DNA from: Cyanidioschyzon merolae
Lineage: Eukaryota
DNA: 64,000 bases
Strand: one strand, 5' to 3'
NCBI GenBank assembly: GCA_000091205.1
Contig: AP006491.2
Made by a program: the position numbers and the translations under genes. The notes under the pieces were generated by a model, which was not told the DNA's origin, ran no database searches, and saw only the letters and a list, made by a program, of their open reading frames with translations. This document shows, in pieces, positions 56,250 to 64,000 of the stretch (positions are counted from its first letter, which is position 1; each line of letters opens with the position of its first letter).

Positions 56250-57563
56250 ATGCTTGAACGCGGTACGCTAGAAGCGGCGAAGACTGAAACGCCCGCCTCT
56301 CAAGCGGTTGTTTCGGATCACTCGGAAATAGATCGCGTCCGCGTAACGGTAACAAGCCGGGATCGACCGGGTATCACCGCAGCTATTACAGCTGTGGTGG
56401 CGCGATGCTCCTGTGAGATCCTCTCCGTGCGTCAAGTATGCGTGCGTCGACGTCTAACCTTGATGTTTGAGCTTCTAGTGAAGAACGCGTTTCCACAACA
56501 GTCTATCTTTCGTGAGCTTCTATTAGTCAGCAAGCGTATCGGAGTGTCCGTCGATTTCTCGCTACAGCCGTCAACAGAAATATCTTCCGCTGAGGCTTGC
56601 ATGCTGCAGCACGCGTCAGAGCAGTACGTCATTACCGCTATCGCGGCGGACTCGATTACTCCGGCGTTTCTCGCTGATCTTGGGCAGAAATTGCAAGAAC
56701 GGAACTTTGTTCTCGAGTCGGTGAACAAGTTGAGCCAGCATCGCCTCGGCTGCATTGAACTGGTGGTTTCATCCCCGGCGTCCTCGTCGTCCAGCGACAT
56801 TCAACAGTTTCGCTCGGAGATGTTTGTGCTTGGGCGCAAGTACGCGACCGATGTCGCCGTGCAAAAAGAGAGTCTCATCCGCAAAAGCAAACGCCTCGTG
56901 GTCATGGATATGGATAGCACGCTGATCCAACAGGAAGTGATTGATGAGCTCGCTCGCTATGCAGGCAAATTCGAGGCGGTGCAGGAAATCACGCACCGAG
57001 CCATGTGCGGGGAACTCGACTTTAGAACAAGTCTGTACAAGCGCGTGGAATGCTTGAAGGGAACGCCCGCCACCGTCTTTCAAAAGGTGATCGATCATCT
57101 GGTGTACACGCCTGGTGCGCATTTCCTGGCACATTCCTTGAAACGACTCGGGTACAAACTGGCAGTCATTTCCGGGGGCTTCGCTCCGATTGCCCAGCAC
57201 GTGCGACAGACGCTCGGACTTGATTATGCGTACGCGAACCAGCTGGAAGTTGGTCCGGACGGGTGTTTTACGGGCCGAACGGTGGGCCCCATTGTCGACG
57301 GCCAACGCAAGGCAGACCTCTTGATGGCCATCGCCCAACAGGAGCAGATCGACCTCGAGCAGACAATCTGCATTGGTGATGGAGCCAACGATTTGCCAAT
57401 GTTATCGATGGCGGGTCTCGGCATCGCCTTCAATGCAAAGCCTGCTGTCCAGGAGCGGGCAGCTTTTCGTCTCAATCGCCAAAGCCTCGACTCTGTCCTC
57501 TATTTTCTCGGTATTCCAGAATCTGAGCAGATTCAGTTACGAGAGCACAACGATGCATCGTAG
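56250..57563 (+). CDS. serB: phosphoserine phosphatase (SerB-type HAD hydrolase with N-terminal ACT-like domains)
   Basis: ATG 56250. HAD motifs: VVMDMDSTLIQQEVIDELA (DxDxT), ISGGF (motif II region) and ICIGDGANDLPMLSMAGLGIAFNAKP (motif IV). The N-terminal ~200 aa have ACT-like RVRVTVTSRDRPGITAAITAVV. Confidence 0.9.
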   Translation: MLERGTLEAAKTETPASQAVVSDHSEIDRVRVTVTSRDRPGITAAITAVVARCSCEILSVRQVCVRRRLTLMFELLVKNAFPQQSIFRELLLVSKRIGVSVDFSLQPSTEISSAEACMLQHASEQYVITAIAADSITPAFLADLGQKLQERNFVLESVNKLSQHRLGCIELVVSSPASSSSSDIQQFRSEMFVLGRKYATDVAVQKESLIRKSKRLVVMDMDSTLIQQEVIDELARYAGKFEAVQEITHRAMCGELDFRTSLYKRVECLKGTPATVFQKVIDHLVYTPGAHFLAHSLKRLGYKLAVISGGFAPIAQHVRQTLGLDYAYANQLEVGPDGCFTGRTVGPIVDGQRKADLLMAIAQQEQIDLEQTICIGDGANDLPMLSMAGLGIAFNAKPAVQERAAFRLNRQSLDSVLYFLGIPESEQIQLREHNDAS

Positions 57564-58841
57564 AGGCATCGGTACGTATTGGAAGAGACGCCGCACATCC
57601 TCCAAACGTGATTCGTTCCGGGGATCAGCGATTGCATTTGCGGCACGTGCTGCACGCGAAGACGATCTACGCTTCGCTCCCGCACCACGAACTGTTCGCT
57701 GAATGCGAGGGCACCGGCCTGCACCCGCCAAGGTTGTATATGTGTGTGCGCTGTTGAGCAATACCCGGACGCGCGCAACGCCGCTACGGCATATGGTACG
57801 ATGCCGAAGCGCATGCCCAGAGGCAACGAAGTTGCCGACATGCGGCTCACGCTACGTCTGCGCGTATCCTCGGGGCGCTACTGAAGCGGATGCGATGCTG
57901 CTGGGCCCTCATTGTACTGATGAGTATCGTCGACCAGATTTGGGGACGAGGTGCATGCCTGGTTCCGAATACACCTAGCGACACGTGGATGCATTTATCG
58001 CCAGGTGTCCGCCAAGTGTTCCATGTACAGCAGCAGGGCGGCAACGCAACGCGCAAGCGCTTGGGCAGCTCGCGGGAGAGCCACGAGCACGTGACTCGGT
58101 CCGGCAAGAGCCTCTGCGGAACAGCGCGCTATCTGAAGAAGCTGGCACTACGGGAATGCTCCTGGGATCACGGAATGCGGGCATGTGCATGTTGTAGCTT
58201 CTTTTGCAGCAGGCACCTGTCTCGCGATCGAGGCGCATCACAAGCGCACTAGAAATTGGAACAGCAGTGCAAGGTGATTGTCGCGATACCACGCTATTTA
58301 TCTAGCATTGCACAGTGTTGCGATGGGCGCGTTTTGTGCTTCCTGCCCCGCACTGGCATGTGCAGTTACTAAAATCAGCATGCTTTGCAGATGACTAGGG
58401 AGCCGTTTGTGCACGCTAACGCCTCGCCAGAACGACCACAATAACGAGGCGACAACGCTGCAGCAGACGTCGTCAATACCACGACCACCACCACCACAGC
58501 ACAGACGTGGGAAACCGGCGAACTGGTGGCATGCACGATATAGTGTCCATTGTCCAAGAGCGTGTTACGGAGCGCTGACGGTGTGTCGTATCTTGGCAGG
58601 AAACGCACGAATACTGATCTACACTGCCATCCTGTTCTGCGGAACGAGCTGCAGTTGGCGCCCGCACTTTTCGGACATGTACCAACGCCAGAAATTCCAA
58701 AGACGTCACGCTTCGGGTTCATAAGTGACCTGCTTTCAAGAAGCTAGTACGTTCGCCTACTTTACGCAGACGTTCGGCAACGCCACCTCTTAGAGCAGGC
58801 CGCGCGTACAATTCACATCACCCGACGGCTTGCTCCTATTG

Positions 58842-59261
58842 TCAGTCGTGTTCAAGGCCCATTCGCTTCTCCATGGCGAGGTGTACATCCAACACGCGCT
58901 CATCCAAGCTTTCCAGCCGACCAGCGCGTGCGTGAAACTCGCCAGGCTGGAGTGTTTCGATTGCACCGCTTAGTACCTCCCAGCCCAGGCACGAGGAGCG
59001 CATGGTCACTGGACGATAGACTTCTCGCATGATGTGCTCCTCGAACAGCAGCCTCAGCGGCAAGTGTGTTCCGTATACTTGAGCGAGCCAACGCACGCGT
59101 TCCTCGCGGTAACGGGTGCGGTCGCGTTCCTCCAGCACTTGCACGGGGTGGCGCTCGCGACTGATCGAATCCACGGTTTCGTACGGATTCGACCGAAAAC
59201 GGTCTCGAGGAAAGTTTCGCTGCAAGTCCAGATCGTAAAAGTCGTTTTTGCTGCCGCTCAT
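58842..59261 (-). CDS. hypothetical conserved-looking protein (~139 aa)
   Basis: The track start is GTG (59312). The first ATG at 59261 gives MSGSKNDFYDLDLQRNFPRDRFRSNPYETVDSISRERHPVQVLEERDRTRYREERVRWLAQVYG..., a charged, non-repetitive, protein-like sequence. No family assigned. Confidence 0.4.
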   Translation of the reverse strand: MSGSKNDFYDLDLQRNFPRDRFRSNPYETVDSISRERHPVQVLEERDRTRYREERVRWLAQVYGTHLPLRLLFEEHIMREVYRPVTMRSSCLGWEVLSGAIETLQPGEFHARAGRLESLDERVLDVHLAMEKRMGLEHD

Positions 59262-60622
59262 AACCACAGAGTCTGAGTGCGTTGCGTCCGCAAAACGTCC
59301 AAGGTCGCTCACTGCTCTACGCTGCGCGCTGCTTTCGGCGGTTCAGCTGCGCCGACGGTGCACAGCGCGCCTCGCTTGGCGGCGATGTCGAGCGGGAAAA
59401 CATAGTACGCCGCTGCGTCCTCATATTGCCGTCGTTATTCATGGTGCACGCTCGCTGAAAATCTACCGGTGATTATCGGGTGTGCTATGGGTATCAAAAT
59501 GTGGGGAATGCATCCTGGATCGGTTTGTGTTCCGCGCTGGTCCTAGCATGTGCGATGCACGACTCGAATACACACACAGGTATGCATGTGGTATTGTCAT
59601 CGTCGGTGCAGCATTTCAGAGGGCGAATGTGACGATTTCGGTTGAAGCAACGTGGGCAGGGCGTCTGCGGCAACTTTTCTGGATTCGGATCTACAGCTGT
59701 CGGATGGTCCATATGGCGGGGCGCCCTTGGCGATGCAAAGAAAGCGGGTATCGTTGGAGTGCGTTTCAGAAGTTCACTCAAAAGGAAGCTCTCTGACGCA
59801 TGACACATCAATCTGAGAGAACTGCGTCCATACATAGCGCGATGCACGTTCCATATTCAGGGATACGTCTCATTCATAGAGTGCGGGATCGACACATGTA
59901 GCCAGAATCATGTTTATAAGCGATGCTCGGCAGGCAGCGACGAAGCATGCGCGCACAGCACCTCAGCAGATCCTCCCGTATTCGATGCACATGGGACGAT
60001 TTTCCCATTTTTACAGTATAACATGGATCAATCTAACTAGCATCTTCTGTGGACGCCATTCTTTTCGGTAAAAAAGAGAAGCTTGCACCATACTGCTCCA
60101 GAAGCTTCCACGTTCCACGACTCGTATAAGTGGCGTCGGTGCAATGCGTGCGCTGGTGCGCATCGCCGCTTCCACTGGATGCGTCCACAGCAGTTGAGGC
60201 ATGCGGGCACAATAGCTCATGAGGCGGTGCATGGAGACAATTTGCGTGCTTTGAGAGCGTTCTGGTCAGTTCAGTGCCAGCAACTTGCAGACACAATGCA
60301 GGTCTCACGGGACGGTTCACGAACCATCGCGTGATCCCAAATCACTTTGCACGTGCAGGTAAAGCGCCTTCGTTTCGAAATATCGCTTTAGAACTCTTTC
60401 CCGCTAGAAGAGGAAGCCAGCCAACAAAATCCACGGCAGACTCTCACTTCGCTGAACCGTTACCAAGCCACACACTAGTCGCCGAAAACACGCTTTTTCC
60501 CGCTCGGCTATGGCTAGTCGTGGAAACTGAAGCAAAAAAACACAGAAAACGCAAGGGCATGGCCAGTTCACTCAGACGGTTCCGTCAAACAGCGCCAGCG
60601 CTCAAGTGCTTTTTCCCACGAC

Positions 60623-62599
60623 TCACTTGCGCCCAGAGACGAAGAATTGGAGCACGACGTAGCTGCACAGACGGTAGAATGCGATCATTGCGATGAGTAT
60701 GCCCGAGTTCATCCAGATATTCTTGAACTTGACGTCATAGAATTCAAGTACCTGTGCGCCATTCAACTGAATCGTATCCCCGACAACGTTCTCTGAGAAG
60801 CCCGTTTGAGAGCCGAAATTATTTGCCATGAAACTTCCAAACCCGTAGGTGTGTAATGAGATGTAACCAATCCAGCGGACCCACCAGCCGATCTTATTGA
60901 AAGTCGCGAAAAACCCACAGGTCAACATATAGGCACCGTAGACAGCAGCTCCCAGCGCGATTGCCAGGATCGCGATCGGCACGAGGATGCTGATGAGCAT
61001 CATGAGCGCCTCTGCAACCGCAAGCGCTAGGAATAAATTCCAGATGAAGAAGAAGAAACGGCCGGCTGTTGGCGTGAGTCCCACCATCCAGTATACGATG
61101 GACGAGTTCACGAGCGAGATGAGGAAAACCGCAGGAATGGAGACGAGGGTGTTTGCGATCATCCAAGAATCCACGCTATAGAGGCCGTTTCCGCGCTCGC
61201 GCAAGAACACAAGGCGCTCTTCGATGAACATCACGACGGTGCTGACAGACATGAAAGTCAGAAAAGCCGCAACGAAAAACAAGACGCTCACGATATCTCG
61301 AAGCTGGCTTTTGCCCAGCCGCAGGTACACGAGGCCAACGAATATAGACAGAGCCACATACATCGCCATACGCAGCAGGACGGCAGCGGGGTTACGTCGG
61401 TAGTTGAGGGCGTTCCGGCGGGTAAGCACTTGCACCTGATGCCAGCGAGGCACTGGCTTCACCTCAATACTCTGGCTCTGCTGCTCAGTCTGCGTCGTTG
61501 CGCGCAGTTTCTCAAGTTCCGCATCGAGAACCTTCTTCTCTTCCGACTGTGTCCACGCGTTGCTAATCTTTTCCACTTGCTCCTCGCTCGCAAAGTCTGA
61601 ATTGATACAGTCCAAGAAAAAGTCGGCTGGATTCTCAAGGTTTGGAAGTGGATACCCAATTTTCTCGAAATACTTCACAGCATGGCTGGTTGGCCCAAAG
61701 TATACAGTGCGCCCTCGAGAAAGGAGCATGAGCTTATCGCTCAGTGCCAGAACTCGGGCAGCCGGCTGGTGGATCGTGGCAACAATGGTTACGCCCATGG
61801 CAGCGAGGTTCCGAATCGAGACCATGAGATGAAAGGCGGCGGCTGAATCGAGGCCAGAGGTCGGTTCATCGAGAAAAAGGATGCTGGGCAGGCGAAGAAT
61901 CTCTACACCGATTGACAGGCGCCGCTTTTGGCCACCAGAGATACCTCGGAAAAAAGGCGAGCCCACCAACGTATTCTGCGCATCCTCTAAACCGAGTGTA
62001 CGCAGCATCTGGTCAACGCGGTCTTCGAGTTCAGACTTGGACACACTTGGACCCAGCTGCAAGGTTGCTGCGTAACGAAGCGATTCGCGAACTGTCAGTG
62101 AACCATACAGTGCATCTTCCTGCTCGACAAAGGCGTGAATCTGACGCCAGTTGGTTTGCTCACGGGGTATGTCGTTGACATAAACCGGAGTCTGGAGGCC
62201 AACCTGGTGCTCTATTCTGTCAGACAATGCAGATAAAAGGGTAGTTTTTCCGCTTCCACTCGGTCCCATGACGAAAAGCACTTCGCCGGGGCGCACCACA
62301 CCGCCAACGTTGTTAAGCAGTACCTTTTTGGTTGGCGAAGCCGACTCTATATCCGTTTTGGACACCTTCTTGCCAATCTTGAGAGGGACCTCGAAGTAAA
62401 CGTCCCGCCACCAGAGTATAGCACGTTCGTCTTCAGGAAGCTTGTCTCCATGTTGACCGAGAAATACGGGAAGTCTGGTGATGTACTGCGAAGTCCCTGT
62501 ACCGTGGCTGGACAGGGAAGCGAGACGCGCTTCGATATCATCTCGCTCCGAGATTTCCCGCCCCCTTTCGATGCCTTTGTTTTGATCTAAGAGTGTCAT
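60623..62599 (-). CDS. ABC transporter, G family (White-type half transporter), second copy
   Basis: Walker A VMGPSGSGKTTLLSALSDR, signature ISGGQKRRLSIGVEILRLPSILFLDEPTSGLD, H-loop ATIHQPA, then an ABC2 TMD. The track start at 62620 is GTG. The first ATG is at 62599 (MTLLDQNKGIERGREIS). Confidence 0.9.
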   Translation of the reverse strand: MTLLDQNKGIERGREISERDDIEARLASLSSHGTGTSQYITRLPVFLGQHGDKLPEDERAILWWRDVYFEVPLKIGKKVSKTDIESASPTKKVLLNNVGGVVRPGEVLFVMGPSGSGKTTLLSALSDRIEHQVGLQTPVYVNDIPREQTNWRQIHAFVEQEDALYGSLTVRESLRYAATLQLGPSVSKSELEDRVDQMLRTLGLEDAQNTLVGSPFFRGISGGQKRRLSIGVEILRLPSILFLDEPTSGLDSAAAFHLMVSIRNLAAMGVTIVATIHQPAARVLALSDKLMLLSRGRTVYFGPTSHAVKYFEKIGYPLPNLENPADFFLDCINSDFASEEQVEKISNAWTQSEEKKVLDAELEKLRATTQTEQQSQSIEVKPVPRWHQVQVLTRRNALNYRRNPAAVLLRMAMYVALSIFVGLVYLRLGKSQLRDIVSVLFFVAAFLTFMSVSTVVMFIEERLVFLRERGNGLYSVDSWMIANTLVSIPAVFLISLVNSSIVYWMVGLTPTAGRFFFFIWNLFLALAVAEALMMLISILVPIAILAIALGAAVYGAYMLTCGFFATFNKIGWWVRWIGYISLHTYGFGSFMANNFGSQTGFSENVVGDTIQLNGAQVLEFYDVKFKNIWMNSGILIAMIAFYRLCSYVVLQFFVSGRK

Positions 62600-62723
62600 A
62601 CGAAGATTAATAGTATCCACGACGATTTAACTTTCGTAGAAGGAACGTATGTGTTGTGCACAGTATTGGACACGGAATCAAAACACAGTAAAAAAATCAG
62701 ATTTGAGAACCGGGGGTGCTATG

Positions 62724-62870
62724 TGATAGTGTGAGACACCGGGGCGCGCGCGGAGGTACTGTGAGACTCCGGGGTGCGCGCGGTGGAGTCAAGCGTCGCG
62801 CGCGATCCGCCGCCGTCGATCCGCCGCCGTCGATCCGCCTCCATCGATCCGCCTCCATCGATCCGCCTCC
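62724..62870. repeat. 29-bp direct repeat x2 followed by 14-bp tandem repeat x~4.5, in the 5' flank of the second ABCG gene
   Basis: gtgagacaccggggcgcgcgcggaggtact / gtgagactccggggtgcgcgcggtggagtc, then gccgccgtcgatcc gccgccgtcgatcc gcctccatcgatcc gcctccatcgatcc gcctcc. Confidence 0.75.
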
Positions 62871-64000
62871 TCCGGCGCGTCTCGTGAGGCACCGAACAAA
62901 ACAAACTAGTCACAAACTATTTATTAAAGAACAACTATCTTAAACACCCACACACCACGCCTGCCTAAGAGGTCTAGCTTTTTCCGGAGAAGCTCTGAAA
63001 GTGGGTTAACGCGGGGTGTCTAAGCGACGGGGAAGGAAGCCGACGACACGGACCTTGACCGCAACGAACGAAGGCGCGGAAGCAGTAGCACCAGAAAATA
63101 TTGACGAGCATTCTGAGCAGTCATCCGCCCCTCCCGAAACAACGCTGCAGGTTCGGGCGCAAATACTGGATCCATCCTTGAATTCGGGCTCAGTTTCACC
63201 TTCTACCTTGAGTACCTACCTCAACTTTGGAAACAATCTCGGCGGATACTTTGGAAGACAGCTGGCAGTATGCTCACTGTCGAAAGTGGAATAAGCGACT
63301 TGCCCGCCTATGTGTTTGGGGAGCGGATACGAAGCCGCTGAAAGGCGGTTTGCAGACTGTTCCCAATGGTTAAGGGTAGCTTCACGCGTCCGGCAAGATA
63401 AAGGTCGCATTCGAATCGACCTTGACTAATGTACTTTTGATGCTAACTTCGTGCTGCGGCAGACACGCAGTGAACGACTGGAATGCAGGAGGCAATGGTG
63501 GCATGTGCTCTCACACACCCCGTGGAAGCTGCGTCTAAATCGACAATGTATCTCTGGAGTACCGCGGCGTTACTGCTATTCGGTTATGCGCTACGACTCG
63601 ATAGGTTTCGCATCATGGAATATTAGCGGGATCGCCTCGGTATTGAACTACGAGATATCGAATTACCAGTACAGTAATGAAGAACTGATACAAGTCGAGG
63701 ACTCTACAATAGGAAAAGAGACCCAACGGGATACGGAGAAGGAGACACAAAGGCCTCATGATCCACCTAGATGCAAAATAACCAGAGAAAGCAGCTCCGG
63801 AAAGAGCGCGAGGAAGAAGACCAACAAGGAAAAACAGAAGAATAGAAAAAAGAACGCCCAAACGAGCCCATCACGAGTGATCCCCCGAAAAAGCACCCCT
63901 GCGGGAACTCAAGAAAGCCGTCGCCAAACCCAGTCACCTACTCACAGCGCTGAAGATCCGAAAAGCCGTGCATGCAAATCTGTAGACCAACTGGCACGCG

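Larger units (their letters stand above)
52730..56250 (+). mobile_element. putative Fanzor (eukaryotic TnpB/OMEGA)-carrying transposable element, AT-richer than its surroundings
   Basis: A ~3.5-kb block of lower GC with A-rich 5' leader, between repeat block F and the SerB start. It contains a basic 113-codon ORF (53018..53359) overlapping by ATGA the long Fanzor-like frame 53356..56133. Ends not defined (no clear TIR/TSD found by eye). Confidence 0.5.

Overview
The window reads as nuclear DNA from a GC-rich (~55-60%), intron-poor eukaryote. Confident protein-coding genes sit on both strands, mostly as single uninterrupted ORFs, separated by ~0.5-3 kb spacers that are full of old dispersed repeats. 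The gene content (alternative oxidase, two ABCG half-transporters, TP-repeat mucins, very few introns) resembles an oomycete/stramenopile-like protist, but I cannot prove the taxon from sequence alone.

Confident genes: ribosomal protein S29 (below the 60-aa cutoff, so missing from the ORF track), mitochondrial alternative oxidase, the mRNA-export WD40 protein Rae1/Gle2, two ABCG (White-type) half-transporters, a GT11-like fucosyltransferase, a RUS/DUF647 protein, ribulose-phosphate 3-epimerase, and a SerB-type phosphoserine phosphatase. There are also several hypothetical genes.

Two very large tandem paralogous genes encode mucin-like Thr/Pro/Ser-repeat proteins with an EGF-like module. One paralog continues without any stop codon into a complete Sec1/Munc18-like protein.

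The most interesting element is at 52.7-56.2 kb: a Fanzor/TnpB-like gene, the eukaryotic homolog of the OMEGA RNA-guided RuvC endonucleases. It carries an internal 150-bp tandem-repeat expansion and has been disabled by two in-frame nonsense codons, one of them a clear GAA>TAA change. A second, degenerate fragment of the same family lies at 42.8-43.1 kb.

Also present: a tRNA-Thr(UGU)-like gene with an unusual 31-nt hairpin insertion, three families of ~70-80%-identical dispersed intergenic repeats, and a gene (RPE) with no in-frame ATG before its conserved domain, so the organism does use introns or non-AUG starts at least sometimes.

The supplied ORF track counts GTG and TTG as starts, so several of its M positions are not real initiators. 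I give corrected ATG starts where I could determine them.
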